Position numbers and translations under genes: made by a program | IMG/VR virus record: IMGVR_UViG_3300045284_000330 | Coordinates: 1-64,000 of that record | Source: a virus | Direction: 5' to 3' (one strand) | Length of the DNA: 64,000 nucleotides | The notes under the pieces: generated by a model | The model's input: the letters and a program-made list of their open reading frames with translations, nothing else | The model's database searches: none | Told to the model about the DNA's origin: nothing | In this document: positions 37,426 to 45,784 of the stretch, piece by piece | Layout: the number at the start of each line of letters is the position of its first letter | How positions within the stretch are numbered: the first letter of the stretch is position 1

Positions 37426-37727
37426 CTTCGGATCTCATGACGCCGCGCGAGGCCGCGGCGCAGCTTCGCGTCTCGATCAAGACGTTGAGGCTTCTGGTTG
37501 CTGATGGCGACTTGGCCTATGTCAACGTGGGGCGAGGACGGATCAAGGGGCGCATGATGTTCACCGCGGCGGCTCTCGCCGAGTTCGTCGCCCGCCGCAC
37601 GCAGCGGAGCCCCCCCGTTTTTGTGACGCCGCCGCGTTCCAAGCACCCAGACATATCCCCGGAGGTCAGCGATTTTCTGAGACGACGGGAGGCGCGCAAC
37701 AAAAAAAAGGCGCCGCCGGTATCATAA
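37422..37727 (+). CDS. Second excisionase-like HTH_17 protein
   Basis: LMTPREAAAQLRVSIKTLRLLVADG. Confidence 0.8.
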   Translation: MTSDLMTPREAAAQLRVSIKTLRLLVADGDLAYVNVGRGRIKGRMMFTAAALAEFVARRTQRSPPVFVTPPRSKHPDISPEVSDFLRRREARNKKKAPPVS

Positions 37728-37985
37728 ATAGTATCATAGGCCCTTCCCGGTATCACAGGGCGACCGGCAAGAAGTCCGCGATTTGTAGGGGTTTTCGGAG
37801 GATCGGCCGCCTTGGCGGTTTCGGTTTAGCAAACCGCCGCCTTCAGCCACTCGGCCACGTCTCCACGCGGTGAAAAGTCTTATAAAATCATGGCTTAGTG
37901 GTCAAGTCCGTTGTTCTCCCCCGGGCGCAAAAAACGCATGAAACGCGAACAAAACGGTCTGCCGGTATCATAAAAAGTATCATAG
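37715..37985. other. attP with arm-type repeats on both sides of the core
   Basis: GCCGGTATCATAAA(T/A)AGTATCATAG at 37715-37739 and 37961-37985; CCGGTATCA near 37747. Confidence 0.85.
37822..37864 (-). tRNA. 5' half of tRNA-Ser(GCT), the attP core; not a complete gene
   Basis: GGAGACGTGGCCGAGTGGCTGAAGGCGGCGGTTTGCTAAACCG: D arm and anticodon arm present, no T arm. Confidence 0.9.
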
Positions 37986-38104
37986 CGGACCGGCGCGCTG
38001 GCACAGGCCGTTCGCGAGACGTTCCACTCGCCCCCTCGGGCGCCTCGATCAGGCTCACCATGCCCAGACTGGTAAAGCTCGTCTTGATCCGCCATATTCG
38101 GCTC

Positions 38105-38338
38105 ATGGCCGAGCCTGACCTGACCTTCATCGCCAAGCAGCTCGAACGCGTGCTCGCCGAACTGGCCGGCATGCGCGACGAGATGCTCGTCCTGGGTGCG
38201 AGGATGGGATACGTCGAGCGATCGTTTGAACGCGTCGAAGCAGCCATGACGGTGCTGACGCTGGAAGTGCGAGCCAATCGCAATCAGCTTGCTCGCATGG
38301 ACGATCGGCTTCGCAATCTCGAAGACGCCGCACCATGA
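38105..38338 (+). CDS. Small coiled-coil protein
   Basis: MAEPDLTFIAKQLERVL...MDDRLRNLED; operator upstream. Confidence 0.7.
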   Translation: MAEPDLTFIAKQLERVLAELAGMRDEMLVLGARMGYVERSFERVEAAMTVLTLEVRANRNQLARMDDRLRNLEDAAP

Positions 38339-38457
38339 CCGACAAGGAAAATCGTTTGGCGGCGATTGAATCCCGACTGACCTTGCTCACCTGGATGACC
38401 GGCACGAACACCGCCGGCATTCTGCTTCTGCTTGGCCTCGCCTTGCGCCATGGCTGA
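38335..38457 (+). CDS. 40-aa coiled-coil plus TM microprotein
   Basis: MTDKENRLAAIESRLTLLTWMTGTNTAGILLLLGLALRHG; ATGA-coupled. Confidence 0.6.
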   Translation: MTDKENRLAAIESRLTLLTWMTGTNTAGILLLLGLALRHG

Positions 38458-38548
38458 CCCGCCGCCATGGGTGCCGATCTTGATCGGCATGGTGATCGGC
38501 GCGGCGCTGTTCGCGGCGGGCGCGGCGTTCGTCAAGATTTTCGGATGA
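38450..38548 (+). CDS. 32-aa TM microprotein
   Basis: MADPPPWVPILIGMVIGAALFAAGAAFVKIFG. Confidence 0.55.
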   Translation: MADPPPWVPILIGMVIGAALFAAGAAFVKIFG

Positions 38549-38561
38549 GGCGGCCACGGCC

Positions 38562-38960
38562 ATGACCGACGAAAGTTTCCACGCCGTCCTGAGGCTTGAA
38601 ACCGACGCCAACGTGCTCGGCGCCATCAAGGCGATCCGCGAACGTGGAACACGCGATGTCAATCTATTGGCGCTCTGCGACACTGCGGAACGCCAGATCA
38701 TGGAAGGCGCAAGCCAGATGACCGAGCACACCGACGACGGCCCCGATAATCTCATCCTGCGCCGTTTGCGCGAGATCGATCGCAAGCAGGATGTGCTGCT
38801 CGATCGGCTGGATAATCTCACCACCAGGGTGTCCGCCCTGGAGGGCGTCATAGGACTGTTGGTCACGCAGATGGCGACGTTGAATGCCCGGGTCGACAAT
38901 TTCGATCGCCGATTGGAGCGGATTGAACGACGGTTGAACTTGGTGGAGGCGCCAGCATGA
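38562..38960 (+). CDS. Coiled-coil protein with possible internal start at 38718
   Basis: PDNLILRRLREID...FDRRLERIERRLNL. Confidence 0.7.
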   Translation: MTDESFHAVLRLETDANVLGAIKAIRERGTRDVNLLALCDTAERQIMEGASQMTEHTDDGPDNLILRRLREIDRKQDVLLDRLDNLTTRVSALEGVIGLLVTQMATLNARVDNFDRRLERIERRLNLVEAPA

Positions 38961-38972
38961 GCCAGGGCGCGG

Positions 38973-40244
38973 TCAGTCCTTCGTCGCCCGGAAGAGCAAT
39001 TGAACCGCACTCAGCAACAGCACGATGATCGGAATTCCGCAGCGGGCCTCGACCCCCAACACCTGCAGGATCACCGCCATCGCCAGCGCAAAGCTGGCAT
39101 AGGCCACGCCAAGCCGCGTCAGCCGTCCCATCTTTTGCGCTCGCGCCATCGCAGCACCCATTCGAGCAGCAGCACCGCGGGATCGTAGCGCGGCGGGATC
39201 GCCAGCATGGCCGCGGCGAGGATCATGAGCACCCAGGCGAGGGTCATCAAAACCTCCGTGGGGCGTCTTCGCTCTTTAGAAAAACCTCGACGTGAAGATT
39301 GGCGAAGTTCCGACTATCGACCCGGACGCTCTCGATTTCCCGCCCGGACTCTTCTTCGAAGTCCAGCAGCAGGGTGCGAATAGCGTGTTCCAGTTCGTCG
39401 ACGGTCACTGCTTGGTCTCCCCCTCGGCCTCCCGGCGCACCCGCGCGAGGATCATCGCCTCGTTGACGGGGATCAGCGCCCGCACGCAGCGCAGCCACCG
39501 GGCGATCACCTGATCGCGCACCTCGTCGACCTGGGGGTGCGGTCCTTGGTGGCCGGCGAGGAACATCGCGAACAGATCGGCGAGCACCGCGGACTGAACG
39601 TCGGGGCCGTGGCCGTGCAGCATCGGCGCGATCTCGTTGACGAGCTGCTGCACGAGCTTGACGGCTTTGTTGGAGGCGCTCATAGCTTTGCCTCGATCGC
39701 TGCCATGATCATGGCTTCCAGCTCGACCCGCGCAGCTTTTGCTTCGGCCCACGCGATTTCGCATGCCCTCAACTTGGCCGGCGCCCACTCCTCGGCCATT
39801 TCCGCCATGGTGTCTTTACGGACAGCTTTGCGCAGCGCGTCGTCAAACTTGTTCAATGCCAGCATAATCTCTGCGGCGCTCATGGCCGGCCCTCGTCAAT
39901 CCTTCAGCCGCGGATCGATGTTCACATCGGTTTCCGGCCCGATAAACTTCGCGACTTCGCGCCCCATTTCGCGCTCATCGGTGCCAGCGAAGATGACGAA
40001 TTCGATGTCCCCGCCTAGGTGCATGGTCTCGCCGTTGAACTTGATCAGCGCGCCGGCCTTCAGCCGCTTTAGGTTTGCGTGCGACAACCCGAAGAAGACC
40101 AGCGTGACAGGGCGGCCGTCGTCCCGGCGCCCTTTGGCCATCATTTTCAACATCGTTGCGCTCTCCCATCAAAAGTCCAGGTCGTAACCCCGGCTCAACA
40201 GGTGCGTTTACGTCGGCCGGGACGATGTAGAGCGTGCCTTTCAT
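38973..40244 (-). other. Operon of about six small hypothetical genes
   Basis: Tightly coupled ORFs ending at 39896, 39680, 39405, 39247 and 38973; operator at 40272. Confidence 0.6.
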
Positions 40245-40411
40245 GGCGAGAACTTTACAACACGCGCGCCTGTTAAGCTACGCTTGATTTCGCCACCGGA
40301 TCGGTTTAGAGCGGGAAAAGCCCCAAACCCACCGGGGCGGCGAGCAAGTTGTCCTCAAGTTGTGTTGACGATAGTGCCCCTTGCGCGTCCGCCGGCCTTT
40401 CAGGGAGCAAC

Positions 40412-41396
40412 ATGACACGCATTCAGCCGCGGCTTGGCTTTGATTGGGGTCGCGTGACCTGGGGGAGGCCTGACTCCCCACGGTCCGCGCTCTGTTCCTA
40501 TTGCCATGCGGCGATCGGCATCGACGATGTGCCGTTAATTATGTGGACGCCGGACGGCAGCGCCGCGCAATTCTGCGATCGATGTCAAGTCGATTGGTGG
40601 GGCGGGATCTCCAAGGACGAGGATGACATCGAATGAAGCGCGGTGACCCTGTGCGGGTATTCGTCGACGACTGTCCCTTCGACGGCACAATCGAGTTGGC
40701 GTCGAGCAACCGGCGCTCGATCGCCGTTGAGCTTTCCGGCTGGCCGTTCGGTCCTGGCATGGCGCTCTACGCCGAGACCGAAGCCGAGGTCGCAGCCGGG
40801 CTCTACCATGATGTTTTGACTGGGCGCGCTTGCAGGATCGAACATGACGCGGACGGAAGTGCTCGCAAAAATCTCAACTGATCTCGCATGGCGCGGTCCG
40901 AACGGATCGTCGGCCCGCTATGTCGTGCTGGAACGCGACGCCGCCGAGGCATTGCTCGACCCGATCGACGAGCGCGCGCTGCTGTCTGAAATCTTTCGGC
41001 TCGTGGGGTTGCTCAACGACGCCATGCCCGAGTGCGAGCGGGCGCCGCCGCCTCAATCCACCGGAGAGGAAAATGCCAGTAGTTCTGCGCCTATGGGCGC
41101 CGCCGGGCGAGGATAGCGCCAGCGCCGAATTCGGCCACATGGAAAAGACGGTCGCCGGCATTGCCGCCGGCCGCAAGCCCGTGCTGCTCGAATATGTCCA
41201 GAGCTGCGATGTCGATGCCTACCGCGGCCATGGGGACGCGAAGTTCACCAGCGACGTGGCAAAGGCCAAGCGCTTCCCAGATGTCGAGGCGGCGGCATAC
41301 TGGAAACGGCAGAGCCGCGACCGCCCCTTCCGCCCCGACGGCCAGCCGAACCGGCCGCTGACCGCATACAACGTGACATTTGAGGATGTGCCATGA
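40412..41396 (+). other. Run of four small hypothetical genes
   Basis: Overlapping ORFs ending 40636, 40881, 41116 and 41396. Confidence 0.55.
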
Positions 41397-41809
41397 GCAA
41401 GCCGGTGCACAATCGTAGTGATTTGACCGGACAGATTTTCGGCAAGCTCAAAGTGCTGCGCTTTGCTGGCCCCGCGCGGCAGCGGTACGCGGCATGGGAA
41501 TGTGAATGTCGATGCGGCACGATCGTCACGCGAAGTTCACAGGTGCTACGAACCGGGATTACGAGATCATGCGGCTGCCTCGGCGACGAGAACCGCTACA
41601 CCGGCAAAACCGCCGATCTTACCGGGCAAGTTTTTGGCCCTCTGCGCGTCGTGCGTTTCGCTTATCCCAAGCGACCGTCGTGGGAGTGCGAATGCTCTTG
41701 CGGGACCACCGGCGTCATTGTCGCTGCTGAAAATCTGCGGGCCGGCCATACACGTTCATGCGGGTGCCTGCGGCAAGGCGGCATTCCGTCACGGCGGGTG
41801 CTCAGATGA
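41393..41809 (+). CDS. Tandem pair of DLTGQxFG...CxCxCG...SCGC domains
   Basis: Two clear internal repeats, no nuclease domain. Confidence 0.75.
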   Translation: MSKPVHNRSDLTGQIFGKLKVLRFAGPARQRYAAWECECRCGTIVTRSSQVLRTGITRSCGCLGDENRYTGKTADLTGQVFGPLRVVRFAYPKRPSWECECSCGTTGVIVAAENLRAGHTRSCGCLRQGGIPSRRVLR

Positions 41810-42342
41810 GAGAATGTGGCGACTGTACCCTATGCTGCAAGCTTTTGCCGATGAAGGAATTCGACAAGCCGGCGGGCGTGCGTTGCCAGCATCAACGCCA
41901 TGGCATCGGCTGCAACATTTATCCGCGGCGGCCGAGGGCGTGCAAACTCTGGACCTGCCGCTGGCTCAATGGCGATAACACCGGTCTGAGGCCGGATCGC
42001 GCGCATTATGTGGTCGATATTGTTCCCGACTATGTCACCCTGGTGCCGCACGACGGCAGCGAGCCGACCAAGGTGCCGGTGCTGCAGGTCTGGGTCGATC
42101 CGAAATTCCCCGATGCGCACCGCGACAAGAAGCTGCGCGCCTATATCGAAGGCATGGCGATGCCGGCGCTGATCCGGCTCAACGCGCGCGAAGGTTTCGT
42201 GATCGCGCCGCCAAACGTGAACACCGACGGTGTCTGGTACGAAGGCGTTGGCGTTGGGGTTTCGCTGGGACGGGAGCATACGCTCGAGGAGAGGCTCGCC
42301 GCGATAGGCCCGATGAATATCACCTTGGAGCTGGGCAAATGA
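41806..42342 (+). CDS. YkgJ/CxxCxxCC cysteine-cluster protein
   Basis: CGDCTLCC...CNIYPRRPRAC. Confidence 0.85.
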   Translation: MRECGDCTLCCKLLPMKEFDKPAGVRCQHQRHGIGCNIYPRRPRACKLWTCRWLNGDNTGLRPDRAHYVVDIVPDYVTLVPHDGSEPTKVPVLQVWVDPKFPDAHRDKKLRAYIEGMAMPALIRLNAREGFVIAPPNVNTDGVWYEGVGVGVSLGREHTLEERLAAIGPMNITLELGK

Positions 42343-42782
42343 GGGCGCTTTTGATGACGAACGCGGTGCGCGCCGAGATCGCGCGGGCGATCGCGGAAGC
42401 GCGCAAGACGCCGCTGCCTGCCGACCTCTTGATGGAGATCGCCAAGGGCACGCCGCAGGAAAAGGCGACGCTCGTGCTCGCCGACCGCAAGCCCGACTTT
42501 GTTCGCCCGGAATCGCAGCACGTCTTGATCGGTGTTGGCTATCGCGCGTCGATCAGTTTTGAGGAACAGCCGGCGGGGCTCGTTCGCCATCTCTCGATCT
42601 CGGTCGATGGGAAACCTGGCGCCCTCCCGAATGTGCCTGCCATCATGGCGCTCGCAGCCGAGTTCGGGCTGCCGGGCGGTCTCGAAGATTGGAAAGTCTG
42701 GATCGAGGAGTACGAGCCGGGGCAGTTTGCCGTCAACATCGTGGCGCTCGATCCCGGTCAGCCGGCGAGGACGATGCAATGA
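42339..42782 (+). CDS. Hypothetical protein
   Basis: RHLSISV motif; coupled ORF. Confidence 0.6.
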   Translation: MRALLMTNAVRAEIARAIAEARKTPLPADLLMEIAKGTPQEKATLVLADRKPDFVRPESQHVLIGVGYRASISFEEQPAGLVRHLSISVDGKPGALPNVPAIMALAAEFGLPGGLEDWKVWIEEYEPGQFAVNIVALDPGQPARTMQ

Positions 42783-43087
42783 GCGGTTATTACATACTGG
42801 GCGCCGACAATCAGATTATCGCGGTCGATGCGATGACATACATGCTCAATCGAACCGTCGGCTATACGCAGATCACCAGCGAGATCCTGGTCTCGACCGT
42901 GTTCCTCGGCCTAGATCATCATTTTTCCGGCCGAGGGCCAGCGATTCTATTCGAGACGGTGGTGTTCGGCGGCCCGCGCGACGGCGACATGTGGCGGTAT
43001 TCATCACGGGACGACGCGAAAGCGGGGCACGCCGCAGCGGTGCGGAATGTGCGCGCGGCGATCGGGCAGAAAGTCGGTGAAACATGA
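42779..43087 (+). CDS. Hypothetical protein
   Basis: VSTVFLGLDH...LFETVVFGG...RYS. Confidence 0.65.
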   Translation: MSGYYILGADNQIIAVDAMTYMLNRTVGYTQITSEILVSTVFLGLDHHFSGRGPAILFETVVFGGPRDGDMWRYSSRDDAKAGHAAAVRNVRAAIGQKVGET

Positions 43088-43108
43088 GCGACGATCATCC
43101 CGGCTATT

Positions 43109-43729
43109 TCACGTAGCCGACGAGGAGCCCGCGCGCATAAGAAGCGCGAGCTGGCGGCCGAATGGTTCCCTTCGATCAATTATCTCGAACCGCTTCGCGA
43201 TCTCCGCCTCGAATTCCTCACGCGGATAGCCGGGATGGCCGAGGAAAGGCTCGTAAAAATCCGTTGCGATAGCGAAGCGCGCTCCCGGACTCCCGTAGGC
43301 CAGCATGTTGTTCAACACGTCGCGCCAACCAACCAAATGATCCAACGCATTCCAGCAAATCACGGTATCGGCACGCAGGTTTGGAATGAACTCCTCCGCC
43401 GGCTGCGCATAGGCTGTGACGCCCGACCACCACTCCGGCGGAACGAGCCGCTGGTATTCGTCCGCGAGCGGGTCGATGACGGCGCAAGGCGCGAACGGGG
43501 GGCGCGGGCCGCAGCCGATGTCGAGCACGGCTCCCTGCGGATCAATGAACTCCTTGACTTCGTTCCATTGTGATGTGAACCCGGGGTCATCGAGATGCCC
43601 AAGGGGCAAGTGCTCGCGCCACCAGTTGAGTTCGAAGGGCTGATGAAGGTCGCGCCAAGCGTGCCAGGTCCGGAGGTTTTCGCCGTTCTTTCGCTCTTCT
43701 GCCAGCCTGGCGATAGCGCCGATGTCCAT
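43109..43729 (-). CDS. Class I SAM methyltransferase
   Basis: VLDIGCGP, IDPLADEY, NALDH. Confidence 0.8.
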   Translation of the reverse strand: MDIGAIARLAEERKNGENLRTWHAWRDLHQPFELNWWREHLPLGHLDDPGFTSQWNEVKEFIDPQGAVLDIGCGPRPPFAPCAVIDPLADEYQRLVPPEWWSGVTAYAQPAEEFIPNLRADTVICWNALDHLVGWRDVLNNMLAYGSPGARFAIATDFYEPFLGHPGYPREEFEAEIAKRFEIIDRREPFGRQLALLMRAGSSSAT

Positions 43730-43730
43730 C

Positions 43731-45194
43731 TCATACTCCACGGCAGGCGAAAGCGTCCTTCGCATACTTTCCGGCAGGCGAGAACGAACAGCGGCAGTTC
43801 GAGTGCGCGGGGATCAGGCCCTCGGCCTCGTCGAGGGTGTACGGCCCGTCAGCCGCGATGTCCAAGCATTCATCACAAACGTCATCGTCCTCCTGCGTGA
43901 CGACCTCGATCAGGTTGCCGCCCAGCGTGCTTTCGAGCCGCTTCTCTGCCGCCTCGACCCGCGCGATTGTCTCCTGGGACGGCGTCTCCTTCCGGCTGAC
44001 TTGCGCTGTGGGGCCTGGCTGCATCCGCTCCGCCGGCCGCGTCATCGCTGCATACTGGCGGTAGAGATCCTCGCGCTTGTACTGCTGCGCGGCCCGCAGC
44101 GCCTCGCCCTCGGCCTGCCGTCGCGCCACATATTCAGCGGTGCCACGCTTTAGCCCCTGGGCAAACTCAGACTCGGCCCGGACCAATCGTTCGCTCTCTT
44201 GCTGCAGTTCGTGCTCGATCTGGCGATACGCCTTCTCGCGGCCCTGCCGCTTGGACAGCGTGGCGAACCGCTCCCGCCAGCCCTTCTGTGCCTGGGAGAT
44301 CAGCGCTTGCAACGGCACCCGGACAGCCGATGCGCCCGCAACTTCCTCGGCCTCACCTTCCATCGCGCCGACTATTCCCAGACTGCGCCACGACGCCAGT
44401 TCCTCGGGTGTCGCCTGCCTGGTGCCGCTGCGCCATTGCCTGATCCGCCGCGCCTCTGGATAGCCAACCAGGGATTCGATCTCGTTCTGGGTCATATCGC
44501 CGATCGGTATCGCATCGGCCAGCCGACGCCGCCGCACGCGCTCCGGAATGGTCCCAACTTGCGTCACGCCGGCGCTGCGGAATGCGCTCAGCGTCGACGT
44601 CGCGTGCGTCCTGGCGATCACATACTCGGCCATCGCCCGGGTGCGATGACGCATCGCCCGGATCACGCCGGCCAGGGCGTTCGCCATTTTGGTCGGCGAG
44701 TGGCTCGCCATCATCGCCTGCGTGGCCAGCCGAACGAGTTGCTGCTGTGCCGCGGCCACGATGCCGCGCAATTCGCTTGTCGCGAGGCTCTCCATGGCGG
44801 CGATCCGCGCCGGGTCGACCCGGCCGCCGGGGACGAGCCCATCGGCGCGTTGCTGGGCTCGCTGGGCGGCCTTTCGAACGTGGGGTCTCAGCCATACCCC
44901 ACCGGCGAAAACCTTCTGGGCGAGCTCGCCTTCCAGCCATGCGGCAAACCCCTCCCCTTTGTCGGCATGCGGGAGCCGCCCGATGCCACGCAGGCCAACG
45001 AGGTCGTGCTCGATCAGTGCTTGTCGGAGAGTGCGGCCGAATGTCTGCCAGCGTCGATCGCCCTCGGCCTTCATCCGTATACGGAGGCCGGACGTGCCCG
45101 TGGGATCACGGCGCCCGGCCTGTGCATCCGCGACCGCCGACCGGGGACTGGGGGGGGGTGGTCGGTGACCGCAAAGGGAATGTTCCGCATACAT
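43731..45194 (-). CDS. Head morphogenesis protein (Mu gpF/SPP1 gp7-like)
   Basis: DDDVCDEC...IPAHSNCRC; downstream of portal. Confidence 0.75.
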   Translation of the reverse strand: MYAEHSLCGHRPPPPSPRSAVADAQAGRRDPTGTSGLRIRMKAEGDRRWQTFGRTLRQALIEHDLVGLRGIGRLPHADKGEGFAAWLEGELAQKVFAGGVWLRPHVRKAAQRAQQRADGLVPGGRVDPARIAAMESLATSELRGIVAAAQQQLVRLATQAMMASHSPTKMANALAGVIRAMRHRTRAMAEYVIARTHATSTLSAFRSAGVTQVGTIPERVRRRRLADAIPIGDMTQNEIESLVGYPEARRIRQWRSGTRQATPEELASWRSLGIVGAMEGEAEEVAGASAVRVPLQALISQAQKGWRERFATLSKRQGREKAYRQIEHELQQESERLVRAESEFAQGLKRGTAEYVARRQAEGEALRAAQQYKREDLYRQYAAMTRPAERMQPGPTAQVSRKETPSQETIARVEAAEKRLESTLGGNLIEVVTQEDDDVCDECLDIAADGPYTLDEAEGLIPAHSNCRCSFSPAGKYAKDAFACRGV

Positions 45195-45237
45195 TGGGGT
45201 GCCTCGGGCCAGCCGTCAACCGCGGTCGCGCTCGGCG

Positions 45238-45459
45238 TCAGGTCCGCGGGGTGCCATCAGGAAGCCTGGTGAGGGCGACATTGACCCACATGGCGTTGGC
45301 ACGGTGCGCCCGCAGGATGAATGTTTTGTCCGGGCCTTCCGGCAGGAGCCGGTCGAGCGCGTCTGCGTATACCTTAGCCGCCGTCCGCAGTTCGGCCATC
45401 GTGGCGATTTGTGCATCCGTAGGTTTCAGATATTCAAACGTCGATTCGTGCAGGCTCAT
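45238..45459 (-). CDS. Acb2/Tad1-like helical-hairpin protein
   Basis: FEYLKPT..Q...LPEGPDK...AMWVNVALTR. Confidence 0.55.
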   Translation of the reverse strand: MSLHESTFEYLKPTDAQIATMAELRTAAKVYADALDRLLPEGPDKTFILRAHRANAMWVNVALTRLPDGTPRT

Positions 45460-45784
45460 GCTGGCCTCCTGTCAACCGCGGTCGCGCTCGGCGATCGCCC
45501 ACGCATTCAAAATCGCTGCCATCTCGTGGGCGGTCTGCGGCGGCTTGTAGCCCTCATGGCTGACAATCTCGGTCGCCAGCTTCATCGCGTCGTGGAACGT
45601 CAATGCCGTCATGGCTCTGGCGACGCCCTGCAGCGGCGCATCAGCCCGCCGCGACGTGTAGCCTGGATAACCGACGGCACCCACCTGGCCCAGGCCGCGC
45701 GGTGGCCCATTGATGGGCGTGCTGGCGGGAACTGGAATGTCGAAATCAGAATCAGAATCATAGCTCATCACGGGCTCCATTCGG

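Noticed and set aside
37822-37864. Functional tRNA gene
   Set aside because: No variable arm, T arm or 3' acceptor strand
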